Source: Podarcis bocagei
Lineage: Eukaryota
Assembly: GCA_964188305.1 (NCBI GenBank)
Contig: OZ076893.1
Length of the DNA: 64,000 bases
Reading direction: 5' to 3' (one strand)
This document shows positions 35,717 through 50,175 of the stretch, one piece after another. The position numbers and the translations under genes are program-made. A model generated the notes under the pieces. It did not search any database and was not told the DNA's origin. It saw only the letters and a program-made list of their open reading frames with translations. How positions within the stretch are numbered: position 1 is the stretch's first letter; every line of letters begins with the position of its first letter.

Positions 35717-35881
35717 AACTACAAAGCCAGTATTGATGATCTGAAGAAAGTTCTTCTAATAGATTCAAATATTGATGAAGCAAAGAAGGAGCTGCAGGAA
35801 ACAACACAGTTGCTAAAACTGAAAAATGAGCATACAGTCAACGGGCAACAAAAGCAAAGGAAAAAAATTGAAATCCAAGAG
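35717..35881 (+). CDS. SPAG1: SPAG1 coding exon 16
   Basis: NYKASIDDLKKVLLIDSNIDEAKKEL...RKKIEIQE. Confidence 0.94.
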
Positions 35882-36559
35882 GTATTCAGTTAAAAAAAAA
35901 TCATGTACTGGGCCTATAAGTGTGTAAAATTCAGAAATGTCTGGATTGAACTGCTGAGTTCTCAAGCACTTTGTGGTAACTGGCAAGCTAAGTAAGTTGT
36001 GCAAGGCAGTTGTAGACCTGCTGGTTGTGGGGACTCTTTTCTGAGAAAATAGTGGAAAGCTAGGACCAGCTAGTCTATACTTTTGCAAATCATGCTTAGG
36101 GTCTTCTGGGCTTGTGTTTTATTAACAGGATCCTGTTTTGTTTGATGTTATAAACAAATGTGGCTAGCCACCAGCTGATTATCACATAGTAAACACCATA
36201 TTAAAGTAAATAGTTTTGGCTTACTTATTGCTTATTATACAGCAGTCATAAAGAGAATCCCATTACAGTACTAAAGTAAGGTAGTTTAGAATGTTACTTA
36301 TTACACCCAAAGTATTTGTAATGCTTAAAATCTTGATGCTATATTTAAATTTAAAATGCCCTCTTAGTCCCATTGCTTCCTTTTCTATATTACAGGTAAC
36401 TCACAACTTGTTTGCATTCAGCTTTATGCGCTTGGCAAATTTTCTTTAAAAAACTATAAATGTGAAAATTGAACCACCCTGAGATGTTATGATGAAGAGT
36501 GGTATATTAACTTTGTGTTCATTTTCCTTTTCACTCAAAAAGGGGTTCCCAGTTAATAA

Positions 36560-37090
36560 TGACAAATGCCAAGAATGTTTCCCCCCCTCTAATTAAATGT
36601 TTGAACTTTGCCTCCGGTTTCCTCCTTTGTGCATATAAGAATCTATCTGCTGTGATTGTATATTGAGATAATACTCCAAAATCCTTTTATTATGTATCCA
36701 TTGGCCCACACCCAGTTCTGTATCTTCAATTTCCACTTCCTGTTGTATTTGCCATGTTTTTTCAGCCTTATCTAGTACCAACTCTTCCTTTTGTGTTTCT
36801 CTTTCCAAAAAGAATGCCAGAGATTTAATTGCTTTATCCCTAGGATCACTCCCAAGTCATAGGTCAAATTCTTTCTCTCTCAATTCCATCGATGTCAGAT
36901 TATCCAGATCTCTCTTCATTTATGTCATTTTTGTTTTCCAAACTCTTACTTTCATTTCTCCAAACACTTGTATAGTGGATACTTCCATTTCATCAGTTTT
37001 CCTTGTAGTTTTGCCATAATTTCTGATCCTAATTTCCATTTCATTAATCTCTGGTTTAATTTCATTCCCCCTTTTCATTTTCTGTGAAGC
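36560..37090 (-). mobile_element. Degraded L1 ORF1-like fragment
   Basis: Purine-rich minus strand with broken E/K-rich frames (MELREKEFDL...). Confidence 0.4.
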
Positions 37091-37425
37091 TTTATTATTA
37101 TTATTTAATTTTATAATGTTTCTAAAACAGAGAATCCTAACAGATTAAAAGATGAAAAACATAACTATAAAATAGGAATGAGTAGCACTTTAGTGTTTAC
37201 TTGCACTTTATTTTAACTATCAACGTTGTTATGCACTTGCCGTTGAGTCAAAATTATTGTTGAGTGATTGAAGGACAGCAAAAGCCCAAATCAGCAAGTG
37301 GGCAGGATGGAAGCTAGAGGGAAATGCGCTGGATCAAGGGCCACCAACATTGCATTGCAAGTGCACATGTGATCACCAAGGGCTTCCCTGGCATCTGCAG
37401 GGTTTCCTCTCCTCCACTGAAATTA

Positions 37426-37736
37426 CCATATTGGCCTGAATATAAGCCACACCTTTAAAATTGGAGGGGGGGGGGAGAGAAAAGAACCCAAATATAAGGT
37501 GTTCCTGGCTGCATACTGGGCGTCAGCAGAGCTGCGCTGCATTGGCAGCGGCCTTCCCCTTTCTCTCTCTCTCCCTTCCCAGCCTTGGGGGAGAGGACGG
37601 GGGACTGCACACAGGATGGGCACTGCTTTGCCGCTCTCTGGATGCATACCATAAGGTCACAAATATAAGCCGCACTTTTAACTTTTCATGGTCAGAATTT
37701 GGGAAAAAAGTGAGGCTTATATCCAGGCCAATATGG
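37426..37736. mobile_element. Tc2/pogo-like MITE
   Basis: TIR CCATATTGGCCTG(A/G)ATATAAGCC; TA flanks. Confidence 0.85.
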
Positions 37737-38451
37737 TAGGTCTGAAAGTAGCTTTCTGTTGTAGCTAGTAGAATGTGTTACACTGTGGGTGTGATGCCCA
37801 TGGCAGTTTCCCTGGTTTGCAGGTGTGCCCACAGGCCTCCAAAGGTTGGTAACTCTTATCCTAGACTCAGCCCGGTCTCTTGGTTCTGAACACAAGTTTT
37901 TTGATGCTGGAGTTAACATTGAAACTGTTAATAGTCCCTCCCTCACCCAACCTCTCTGATTTTGTAAGTGCACCAGTTTGTTTACTGCTTTTAGTATACG
38001 CTGCTCTGATTGCAGACACCCCATCACATGTGCAGCCAGCCAGCTATGTGGAAGTCAGTTAAACATAGAGACCTGCACAGCATGGGTGTGCAGAGGATGA
38101 ACATGAGCAAATAGGTGGAGCCAGGCATAATTTTTTACATCCTTTTTTACCATGCAGTTAGCACCCCACTGAGAGGGATGGAGCCACCACAATCAAGCTC
38201 ACCTATGTTATAATCTGGCAGCTGCACATGTGAACAGGGTCAGACATTGAATATATCATTTTGATGATGTCTAGGACAGAATTAACTTATGAAAATCTTT
38301 CTCCCAAGAGACATTTTAAGTTTTACTCAGGTGGCAATAATAACTTCTCTGACTGTGCTCCTGCTTATCACAATTAAGAAATGTTACATGTTGCATATAT
38401 ATATATATATATATCAAAACCAACTGGGCATGTGGTTATTTCTTTGTGAAG

Positions 38452-38820
38452 GTGAATGAGGAAGAGGAAGCTAGAGAGACCTGTGCTTCAGAGAAGGCTA
38501 CATCAAATCATGACAGCGCTAAAGGAGAGACTGACGCAGTGCCAATGAATAGTTCAGAAAAACTCATTATTTCAAAGCCATCTAATGCCTATGAATTTGG
38601 TCAGATTATAAATGTTGTGAATGCCAATAAGGACATCGCTGCTTGTGCAGAGCTCTTGAAAGCGATTGAGCCAAAAGATTTACCAGCCCTTTTAAGCAAC
38701 AAACTAGAAGGAGACATTTTTCTGCTCTTTATCCAAGCCCTGCAGTCGGATGTATTTTGCCAAGACCCTGGACTGGTGTACCAGCATCTTGTCCACCTGA
38801 GTAGAGCAGAAAGGTTTAAG
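38452..38820 (+). CDS. SPAG1: SPAG1 coding exon 17 (RPAP3_C domain)
   Basis: KPSNAYEFGQIIN...LLSNKLEGDIFLLFIQAL...LSRAERFK. Confidence 0.96.
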
Positions 38821-38963
38821 GTAAGGAATTATGGCATTTGCTGTCAATTATTTCTGAAAATGTGCATGTTTATGAAATGCTAGCATTTACTAGGCATTTA
38901 GACAAATACCATTTACAGATACCATTTATAAATGCTAACCACACATTTTTTTTCCCTTTTCAG

Positions 38964-39095
38964 ATGGTGCTAACACTACTTAGTAAGAATGAAGTAGAAC
39001 AGGTTCAACAACTATTTGATTCTCTTTCCAAAGAGGAAAACCAACAATTTTCTTTAGATGATCTGAAGAGCCTTAAGAGAGACTTTGAACTTTAA
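38964..39095 (+). CDS. SPAG1: SPAG1 last coding exon
   Basis: MVLTLLSKNEVEQVQQLFD...LKRDFEL*; the 18 exons sum to 2898 nt = 965 aa + stop with consistent phases. Confidence 0.95.
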   Translation: MVLTLLSKNEVEQVQQLFDSLSKEENQQFSLDDLKSLKRDFEL

Positions 39096-40348
39096 ACAAC
39101 TTCATTTTGGAACTGCCTCTAGCATGCATTCCCTTAACGCTTGTAGGACGGGCATATAAACTATGCAGGCTTGCATGAGGTAAAGTCAGCCTTTTACCTG
39201 GACTGTTCAATATGTTGTACATTTTTTTTTACAGTACTTGCACACTGAAAAATCTGCTCTTCTGTCTTGTATATATTTTATCCTACAGAGTACACACGCA
39301 TGGCTTTATAAGTAATGGGCCTATTCACTTACCATTTTGTTCCTGCAATTATACAATGAGATCAGGAGCACAGGACTCAGGCTTGCACATTCTCTTCAGA
39401 GGGGAGAGAACACATGAGCCAGCGAGGACATGGTTCTCTGGGACAAATCAACAGTTTCTAAAATGTGGGTCCCATATATAACAGTATATTTATCTAATAA
39501 TTAGAATGTATTCAATGACATCAAGCTGTATTAATGGGGCTGAATATAGCCACCTATGTTGTATTCCCTTTCTTGTAATACAGGAGAGTATTCTAAAGAT
39601 GCTACTATTTCAGAAATGTCTTTGGACATGTAGCAGAATTGATGGAGAACATCTTGTACAAAAGTCCCATTGACTGAATGGAAATTGTGCATCATTACCT
39701 TTCAGTGGGACTTATGCCGATAAACAATCCTATTGCATTTGTGCCTATAGCCTTCATTTTCTTCCTGCTAGTCACATCTAATTGCAGTGCAGCTGAAACC
39801 TACCTTTCTTTCCATCAGTCGCCGATGCACTTGGACAAACACTTGCATCTAGCTCCAATTCTATGTGGCTTCAAAGGAAAACACTGGCACACTTCTTAAA
39901 ATTCAATGCTAACTTAAATATATGCAGTAAAATACTTTATGGTACTGAATGTGTAAAGTTACATCTGCACTTTGGTAAGTAGGTTCCAAGAAGGGACAGT
40001 TTGGTCGTCTTCTACTTCGTGTCTTCTAGGTATGCAAAAATCATTTTATATGGCTTGTGGACTACTAGTGAACAGCAAAACAGGAGCAGGATAGACTATG
40101 TTGTTAAATGTTTTAAAGCAATAGAACTGTTATATTTTTAAACCAGAGACTCGTAATTTATTGTTAGTGTGCATATCAAATTTTATTATGGGAGGGACTG
40201 CTCAGGTACTTGCACTATTTTGAAGGTGATGTTAGTCAGTGACTTTCCCCATTATTAAATAAACTATGTATGACATTTCTGTTACCTTAAGACTTTAACC
40301 CGGTTGAAAGTTGTTTCCTTGAAGAACCCTTACAAGAAAATATTTAAA

Positions 40349-40354
40349 AATAAA
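40349..40354 (+). terminator. Probable SPAG1 polyadenylation signal (alternative at 40258-40263)
   Basis: AATAAA followed by GU/U-rich GTGTTTTTG. Confidence 0.5.
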
Positions 40355-43300
40355 TATATTTGGCATATTTGTGTTTTTGCCTTTTCATTGCCCTAGCATA
40401 GCAAGGCAACAGTTTTAGGATGCTTTCTACACTGACAAGATGCTTTCTAGAAGACTGCAATAATTTAGATCTATTGTTGATAAATATGAAATGGGGACTT
40501 TTATGCTCCCAATTTAACGCTTGTTAATTGCCCAGTCCAAATGTAGGAATGTCCTCTGTAATAATTTGGTATCCTCTGATAACTGGCTACCTCAGTTCTG
40601 TTCTCTGTCACATATCAGTTTCTAGCTCATTAACAAAGAATAGAGATTACATTTCAGTTGCATTCTTAAGTAGGAAGAGGCATAAACTCTCTAGACAGTT
40701 CTCTTGCATAACAGCTTCTATAGGCAGATTCACATTAGAAACCTATTTGTGAGGTGGAGCAAGGCTGTGTCCTATAAGCCCATATACACAAAAAATTCAG
40801 GGTAAGCAGTTAATCTGCTCCAAGTAAAATCATGCTTAAGGCAGTTTTTCACTGCCATTTATTACAAGCAGTATTTTCTTGTTTTCCTTGTATATGCTTT
40901 CTGGGGCCTAGGCTTAGCAACCTGAACCATGGTTTCAGTGGATGTTAGTTAATTTTGGTTTGAACTAACGGTAGACAGTATTTTATTAAGTGTTTTGCTT
41001 ATACCAGACAACACTATAAACCTACCTACAGATTTAATTTTGAAGGGTATCTGTACCTGAATGATTTGTAACTTAATGTATAGTGTTGAACATTATCCTA
41101 GTACGTGAAATTAGTTATTTTCCCTATTAGGTTTCATTTATTCATATTATATATTGTCTATATCCTTATGTGTGGGGTAGATTAGTATTAAACATTACTC
41201 TTTTTAACTGAAACAGAAAGCTGCATCGTCCATAATTCTTGTCAAAAAGTCCTACCCTACACAAGACACGTGCACACACAGCTTGCATTTTACCTACTTA
41301 ATAGCCTTGATAGGTCCGATTACTAAATTCTCAGGGTATTGACAACTATTAGCCATTGATAGCCCTATAAGTCATATTATTTCATTCAGTCAAAGGTTGA
41401 CAATACTGAGGACAGAAGACAGTTTACCAGGCTCATATTCATATGCAACTTTTAAAAAGTGCTTCAAAATCATTTCCCATCTTCAGTGTTTTGGTAGTTG
41501 TCACTTGACCACCTTGTCAATCCTAAGCTAGAGTTTTGTTCAGGGTTCTTCCATGGACACTGATTTGCAGATAGGTGCAGGGTACCTAAATGGTATGGTT
41601 TGCTTCCTGGAATGCTAATAGGTTTACATTAAAATGCTACTAGTGTTCTTAATTTAGAACTTAAGTAATTTTAGCTTACTCATCCGTTGATCTCTTGTTC
41701 ATTTTCATCTTAAACTGAATTAACCTCATTATTGCAGTCTTGTAGTTAAGATGTGCTTTTTAATTAACACACTCACTTGATTTGGTATTTATTTAAAAGC
41801 CTTTATGTATTAATTATTTCAAAAATATGTTAAGTTGTATAGAGATTAATATTTCATGTATAGCCTAAACAATTATCTATTTCACCATATAGAGAACCTC
41901 TTTTTCTTATAAAGTCAAAGAGTAACATTTAATTTCAGTATTTTCTTCTAACTCAATCATTAGACTAAGATAAGGAGCCTATTTCCTTTGCTCAACAAGT
42001 TATCCTGACTTGCAGCAACACAGTCATCTAAACATCCTGCAACTTACTCAAGGTTGGACAGCAAATTGTCCACTCTGAAGTCAAGATTCATGTGATGGCT
42101 AGCACACTGAGAGTTGTCACAAAATTGCTATATGTAGAATAAAAATTGCTACTGGTGTGCATGAATTGCTACTTATATATTTAGCATAGCCATGTATATG
42201 AATACCTACAGCAATTACAGTAGATACCAACAAGTGAGACCTACTACAGTATATCCTTACCCTGTAACAGAAGTGCTCCTTTTCAGGAATCCAGGCAGAT
42301 GTCCATGCCTTCCTCCAGAACACAGTACTGTAAACAGCTAAAGGAAGCCAGCCAAATTCCTGACCTTCAACTTTGTTTGGCTTTTCCAACTTATATAGCA
42401 CTTAAGAGGCTCCTTCCAATGATCACTGAAGAAGCTCAACTCTCATTGGGCTGTTTAAGGAAGACGGTCCCATTAGGGTATTTGCTTTTTAGATGTTTTA
42501 TACTTCTGGAACCTCTGGCTTTCCCAAGTGTGCTAATTTCTCATTTCTCAATAGCCCCACTTTTGATTGTGAGTTCACTATTAAGAGGAATAAGTCCTAT
42601 ATTTAGATGTCATCTACACAGGAATGTTGTAGAAGGCTAAAAAGCCCTAACTCCAGAGAAGACCCACTCTCTGAAAGCTTGTTTAGAAGTCTTCCACAAA
42701 GTAACAGAAATAAAACAAGGTCAGTAGAAATAGCCTCAAGGAGCTGGCAAAGACTGTGAGAAAGGGCTTAATAGTATTAAAAGCTCACAGTTGATCTAAT
42801 ATTCTATGGAATCGTAAAGACAATGCATATTCCAGTTTTCCATGGGCTTGTTCCACAAGTCTGGCAGGTGACTCTCCTAAAATTTTAAAAATCTTTAAAT
42901 CCTGCTGCCAATAGAGAACATGAATTTAGAGATGGCTACTAATAGTCCAATGTCAGTCACAGATCCTTGCTTCATGCTTCCAGTCCCTATCTGTCCACCT
43001 ATTCCCCATTGCTAGATCCTTCACCAGTATGCAAATATAGACAAAGGTGCACACATGCATAACTTACTGATTCTGTCAATATATTTAAATGCCAAAAAGT
43101 GGCATGCATATACTGGTTTCTGGAAGTACTGCGCCCATGGTTCTTGCAGCACAGCACAGCCCATCCACCTTCCTGCAGATATTCAGCTAACCTCCCATGT
43201 GAGGTTAATTAACAGCACTGGTTGAAATTCAGCCACTGCTAGTGATTGGTTAAAAGTGAGTTTGGAGAAAAGATAGCAACAATTATACTCTACAGAGAAG

Positions 43301-45203
43301 ATGGTGTATTTAAATGGGCTTTTCAAACAGAGATTAAATGGAGACATAGACCCTGGAAGCCAAAAGCTATGCAAATGAACCCTGTATTAACACTGTCTTC
43401 CCATTTGAGGAAGGATGATTCACAACCACAGTTTTAGTTGTACAGGTATGAAAATCGAGTAACAGAAATACTGAGCTTTCATAGTTGCTTAAAAAGAACC
43501 CAAACCAAGAACTGCAAGACTCAAAACTTAGTGCACTCCAAAGGAAATTCCATAACTCCTTACATTTAGTCAGGTGTGGAGTACGAAGACAACGCATGAG
43601 CTTTTTTCTATCTTGGCAGCAGCTTCTTTCCTAGCCTGGGCCCTGCAGTCACACAGAAGTATGAGTGAATTAAAAAGATTCAAAAATGATGACATCTACA
43701 CATTACAAACCTTGTTGGGCAAGTTTCTTCTGCTATAGTGGTTCATAAAACTAATTCTTTATAATATGTGGAACCTGTGATCTTACTTAACAGCACTGTC
43801 AGATCAGAGCAAAAGACTGTTTCCAACAGTGGTCAATCAGATGTTTCTTAGATACCTTCAAGTATGGCCCCAGCCCTCAGATGCTTGTCACCAGCAGCTG
43901 GGATTCAGTAGTACACTACTTCTGACCAAGGAGACTCCCATTTAGTTTGTTGGCTAATCGACATTGACTGATAGACAAGATTCATGGAGAAATTATTTAT
44001 TTCCCCTTTAAGTCAGTGGCCATCACATCCTGCAGCAGTGAATTCCTTAATTATGTGGTATGTGAAGTACTTGTCTATCCTGAATCTACTTTTAGTGGAT
44101 GACTCCAAGGTCTTCGTGCTTTGCAAAAGGAAATAATTTGTTTACCTACCCTAACTATACATTTTACAAACATCTATTGTGTCCCCCTCCACTCTTAGTA
44201 TTTTTTCCTAAACTAAAAAAGTTCCTAACAGTTCAGTCTTTTATTTTTCATAAGGTACTGCATAATAGTTGGTCAGTAAATATATGGTTGCTGCAGCAAA
44301 GGAAATAACTGGGAGCACATATAGACCATTATAGCAAACCTGACTTATGCCATCACCACTCATGCGCTATCAGAAGTGAAACTACCCATTAGGAACTCCT
44401 ACATCAAGCAGTTTTAAGGATGTTTTGACCATTTTGCAGTATCTGACTAGGAAGCAAAGGAATTTTACAAAATTCCTACCATATTATTATTTTTATTAAG
44501 TCTTCTTACCCATCCATCATAAGATCCCAGGGGGTGTTACACAAACTGAATATACAATTATAAAAAAACAACACAACAAAATTATAAAACACTCTTTAAA
44601 TAAAATGTTCAGATCAGGTTTCCAATTAAAGTTAAAAAAAATGGCAAAACATGCCAAACTTTTGTTTCCAAGTTTACATTTATCTGTAGGATAAGACATA
44701 CAAAATTATATTACACACTGTTTGCCATAAAACAGTTTTAATGTAGTAAAAAATACTGGAAATAAAAATAAGATGCTATATTGAATATTTTCTGTGAAAT
44801 GTCACAGGAGAGATTATTTGCCCATGTAGCCCCGTATTGTGTACTGTGGCTGGCAGTAGCTCCCCAAGGTCTGACAGACAGACCAACTTCACATTCCCTG
44901 CTACCAGATCTTTTTAACTGGAAATGCCAGAGATTGAACATGACATTCTGCATGCAAGGAATGTATGTGCTCCACAGCTGAGCTATGCTTCTTGTCCTAT
45001 ATTCACTACAATAAACTATTTCTGATGGCCTCAGTCCAACTTGATAAGTAGCTGAGATGGGAGAGGTGAAAATGCAAGACCCTTTTGGGGGCCATTCTTT
45101 GAAACAGCTATTTCATCCCACACCAATAGTGTATATGTTTGATCTCCAGGCTAAAGGTTCTTTGTTCAAATGGACAGAAGACAACCAAAATAGTACTCAG
45201 ACA

Positions 45204-45209
45204 TTTATT
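45204..45209 (-). terminator. Probable RNF19A polyadenylation signal
   Basis: Minus-strand AATAAA about 1.46 kb after the stop, followed by U/G-rich sequence. Confidence 0.55.
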
Positions 45210-46668
45210 TCAGGTATGCAGTTTACACACATCATTGAGCAAAAGAAAAGAGCAAATATACAAATATTGTAACAAGCGTTACCAAATGACGGATCTGGCA
45301 CTAGTGTTATAAGCCGATTAAAGAAACTGGTGAAGGGAAGTCATGGAGGAGGGCTGCAGCTCACAGCAGCCGTCTTCTCATACAACCAAACTTTCAGTAG
45401 CACCATAATGGCAATACTTACAAAAAACACAGAACAAAAATTGGAGGCTATTATGCCAAGGATAATCATATTTTTTTTTCTTTTGGGGGAGGGGCAGAGG
45501 GCACATATCATTATGGATTGTGTAGCAAACATCTAACAGTGCAGACGCCTGAGCTAGCTTCAGGTTATGTTTAGCTGAATATCTTCCATAAGGAGGATAA
45601 CGTGGGAAAGCCCCAAAAGCCAGCCAAATTTGAAGCCCAAATTTTGTATATGTGCAAGCTCTGCACTGTGCTTTATTTCTGTGCATGTGACTCGCAAAAG
45701 GGATGTCAGAAAAGTTATCCACTAAAAGCCTGAGTGAGTCTTTGGTAGGCTAATACTTCAGTATTATGATACCCATTAATCTACCATAGTCAGTTGATTT
45801 TCTGAAGTTTTCCTTTAGCTTCCAAAAAGGTGGCAAGAGAAAACATTCTGGAAAACTGTACAGTGAAAGCATCAACAGACCAGGCACTTAAACCCCCAGT
45901 CTTTTCCAAAGGCACCAAGAATTAAACAGCATAACTGAAGTCCCCTGTGTGAAAGGCGACTATATCAGCTTCACTATAATGGATTACAAATTAAAATGAT
46001 CTTAAATTTTACAAAAACTTTTATACAGCATATCATAACCTTACCTTCTGCTGTCAGTTGCAAATATAATTAAATTACCCCCACTTGCTTGATAAGGAGA
46101 CGTCACCTTGCTACCTATCATATATCAAGTACCAGTTTTTCATACTTAAAAGTTATATTAAATGCCATAACCTTGTTCAAGGAACGTTGTGTGTCTCAGC
46201 ATTGCCTAGAACAGATTACATTCTGTCCCAGACAATATTAACAGCACTGAAATATTTGGTATGGTTAATGCAACTTATTTTTGCTAGGTGCTGTTCACCA
46301 GAGCTTGAAGTTAAGTTACTGCTGGGGACTACAAACCACTTACTGAGTTTTTACATGATATCTATGAACAAGTGGTCACTTCTGCAGTTGACACGAGTCA
46401 GCTTTTGCCCCTACCCAAATGCAGACCTTCAGCAAAGCTATGGTAATAATACAAAACATCAACATATTCATTTCATTGTAATGCACTTGTTTACACCTTC
46501 ATGTCACTTCACATAGTTCTGCAACAGAGTTCCACGCAAAGCATTCTGCCTTAATAGAGATATATAAAATGTAAATTGCATTGAAGCTTTGCTTCTGATG
46601 GCCGCTGAAAGTTACCTGACCAGCTAACAGAAAAGGGCTCTTTAGTGGTAAATACATTTCTGCAGCAC

Positions 46669-47353
46669 TTACAGGTTTAAATCTGTCTGAATTGCAGCAT
46701 TTAACTCCACAGCGTGCTGTGAATGGTTGTTGTTTGCTTCTTTCAGTGTTTCACCAGTACCCATATCTGCAACACTTGAAGTCCCATTATAAACACATTC
46801 TTCAGCAATGTAACTCAGCTGTGGAGCCTCTGAGTTTGGAGCAGCTGGAATCAGCAACGAATTGCCACTTTGGTGTGGAGAGTTTTCTAAACGGTCATTT
46901 TCTACCTCTGGGAGAATGTTAACTGTGGTAAACCGGGTATGATAATCACTGGAACCATGGCTACATGAGGTTTTCATACTCTCCATATCAGAGCAACTAA
47001 ACTCAGAAAAATGACTTGAGTGGGAATCAGCTACAGATGGGATACTGTCACTGAGAGAGGGAGAGTCAAATTCACTGGAGTTTGTGCTTTGTTGCTCTAA
47101 TAATTGAGCATCCATGTCCTCTCTGGTCTCATTTATCTTCATGCTACTCTTTTTTCTTAGTTTACCTTTGCATTTTTTCCCTGCCGATGCATCTTTGGAC
47201 CACTTGGTGGCACTAGATTTGTTTTCTGACAAGCAACCAGCGTTACTTTGACCTGCAGAACTACCATCGTCAACACTACTGCTGCCACTGTTGTGCCTGA
47301 ATTTTGTGGGTTTTGATTCAATGTCTACTTGTACCTCCATACTGCTGCTATCT
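46669..47353 (-). CDS. RNF19A: E3 ubiquitin ligase RNF19A (dorfin), last coding exon
   Basis: DSSSMEVQVDIESKPTKFRHNSGSSSVDDGS...AAIQTDLNL*. Confidence 0.96.
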
Positions 47354-48822
47354 CTAGAAGGGGGAGAAGAGAGAAGTAATCATTAAAAAAATGTTTCAAT
47401 TTGTGAAATTAAAAATGGGAAAATGCAATTTAAAAGCATTTTAACACAATGCAGTATAGCTTTAGGAAAAAATGGCACTAAAAGCCTGGTGACTCATTCT
47501 GCTAATATTGCCTTTAATAAAATGATGTAATACAATACAAACACAACTATTTCAGGTGCTGAAACATTGCCTCTATTTATCTCTACCCATCCCTTTAAGG
47601 AAAAATGAGCCACTATTATTCAAATATAAGTTTAGTTTCTTTTTTTTTTAGAACTGCAGATATAAAGCCTTGTGAACTGCAACTGATTTATGTGTTAAAA
47701 CTCTGCTTTAAGAAAATAATTAACATATCAGATCTCTCACTGGACCTATGCACATAATCCATTATCTTCACTGTTCACTTCATGGATCAGTTGCAGTAGG
47801 GTTTTGCCTTGGTAGTTCTTGTCACAATCCATTTTAGTCCTTGAAGTGTCATAGGACTTTCCACTGTTTTTAGTACACATATCTAAAAGCACATTATGAG
47901 AACTTCTTCCTAACTTTAATGTGCCACGGATCCACAAGCATACATTCCAGAAGCCCATCAACCATTTGTAAAAGATATCCAGAAAGAAAACCATACAGGG
48001 TTGGATCCAGACATGCCAAATGGAAAAGGGTGAGAGGTAATTTTCAGCAATTCCTCCTTCCCCCTGCAGCCTGCCAAAAGCAGTTCAAGACTCAGAGGAC
48101 TACCTGGAGGCATTGGGGGGGGGGGGGCTGCAGGAAGAATTGGTGGAAATCACTGCTCCCATCCAGCAGGAAGTCTCTACAAGACCTCAGTCCTTTCTGT
48201 GAATGAAATAAATCTGAAATTCACAGGATAGCCAAGCTGGATCTACCTTTACCAAGCTTTGCAAACTGTGGGAGGTGAGGAGATATAAAGACATCTCACA
48301 CCAGTTTGTCAATAAAAAAGAAATGTGCAAATATAATTTTTAAAACCAAGCCAGGAAAAAAAATCTGCCAAGAGCTTTTATTCCAAGGCAAAACAGATGC
48401 ACTAAGCGGACAGTGAAGATTTTGGATAGTTCTAGCAAGAAATCTGATTGACAAAGTTACTTCATAAAAGCAGAGATCCAAAGCTTTTTTAAAAAATGAA
48501 TTTAACAAGGTTTTGTATCTGCAGGTCAAGAAAATTATATTTGAGTTATAGCAGCTCAAACCAAGAAGAAACTAAAAATCCCACCACCTCCCTGGCTCTG
48601 AAGGATTGAACTTTAGAAGGGTGGGGCAGAAATTTGATAATAAATAGATAAAAAATATTGTTACATCCAACAACAATCATACCAGAAATTTCAAAGAAGG
48701 GGAATTCATTAATGCTGCTTTTGCAGACTACTACAAGGTATGCATATTGAATACGACATCGTTCAATTAACAGAATTGAATAAGCTGTATTTCTATTCAC
48801 ATTTCCACTACTTAATTCTTAC

Positions 48823-48966
48823 CTGTCCAATGGGATATATGAATTTAAAATGGATCCAGCCATTGCTTTGGTGCTGGCATTGTCACTAACTGTTCCTAAA
48901 CTAACGGTGCCCGACTCTCCACTCAAACTGCACCTTTCCTTCTGCACGTCTGCTTGAACTTCCAAC
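48823..48966 (-). CDS. RNF19A: RNF19A coding exon 8
   Basis: [48 protein letters not shown]. Confidence 0.95.
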
Positions 48967-49731
48967 CTTGGGGAGAAATTCAATTTTAGTTCTGTTATTA
49001 TCTTTCAACTTTCTTATCACTTGGGAGTCTTTTAGAAGCTTCTGCTTGCAAGCTACTCACAGGCATGTGGCTAGAGAATGAGACTCTTAATCTCAGGGTC
49101 GTGGGTTTGAGTCCCACAATGGGTCCTTTCCAACTCTACAATACTATGATTCTATTATCTAGTTGGCTACTGTCAGAACAAAAGCTTCCCAGACTACAAA
49201 AGACCCATGTTTAGACAATATTTTCCTGTTGCCCCTGAAGCCATACACATGGTAGAAGGTAGAACTCCTTATGCTATTTTGGTACATTGCTCACTGTAGT
49301 TGAGACAGAAAACCAACTACAGAAGAATAGCACTATTTGGCCAAAAAAAAGAGGGGCATAAAATATCATTTATTATGAGACCAACTCATTTCAGAAAAAA
49401 ATCTTCTCTCAAAGCCCCCCTTTTTAGCAACAGTTCTGACACACCAAACACACTGCACTAAATTCTGTTGCCAGAAACTTTCAAAGTGGCCTATGTAATT
49501 TGTGGCACCTGAACTTCCTTCCCTTCCTTTAACTGCAATTGAGTAATCAGGGATCAGAAATCTTCTTTAATCCATGTAAACAAAGCAACTGTTTTTAGAC
49601 TACATGAGATCAAAATAAAAAAGTATCACATCAGAATGTACAACATGAAAAAGTTCATCCTCTCAGAGCTAACTGTAGTTTGTTTACAAAAGCAGACACA
49701 AAAGCTGAACTTTGGACACAAATTATCTTAC

Positions 49732-49945
49732 CTGTTAAAGCAGTTGACCATTGCACTTCCCGACAGACTCCCTGTTATACTGGCTCCAGCCAGGGCCATG
49801 GTGCTGGCAGTTTCGCTCAGATTGTCTCGAATTGCTCCCATTCTGTCCATATGGCTACCACTTGCACTCAGGCTTCCAGTCAATCCTCCAACACTTTCTT
49901 CCCCTATGCTGGGGTTATTACGTGCCTCTGCTACTGATGTGGTAT
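49732..49945 (-). CDS. RNF19A: RNF19A coding exon 7
   Basis: DTTSVAEARNNPSIGE...SGSAMVNCFNR. Confidence 0.96.
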
Positions 49946-49964
49946 CTAAAGGTAAAGACACTTA

Positions 49965-50175
49965 AACTCAGGACGCAAGGGAGAAACATGCTAAGATGAA
50001 AGCACAGTTGGCAAATCCACACAGTGATCAACTCCTGCCCAGAAACCAGTGTCCCCACTGTGGAAGGACGTGTGGATCCAGAATTGGCCTCCACAGTCTC
50101 TTACGGACTCATTGTTAAAACCGTGTTTATGGAAGACAATCTTACTCAGCTACGAGTGATTGCCAAAGAAGAAGA
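49965..50175 (+). mobile_element. RTE-clade LINE 3' end
   Basis: CPHCGRTCGSRIGLHS.LRTHC* C-terminal zinc finger, then 3'UTR with (GAA)n tail. Confidence 0.8.

Noticed and set aside
40400-45150. Intergenic gap between the convergent SPAG1 and RNF19A 3' ends, with short ORFs
   Set aside because: Only decayed SINEs and random-looking ORFs; no supportable gene.
49065-49125. tRNA-Lys-like sequence (also tRNA-like heads at 17128, 26880, 30745-30800, 59620)
   Set aside because: Degenerate acceptor stems and SINE/CR1 tails show these are SINE heads, not tRNA genes.
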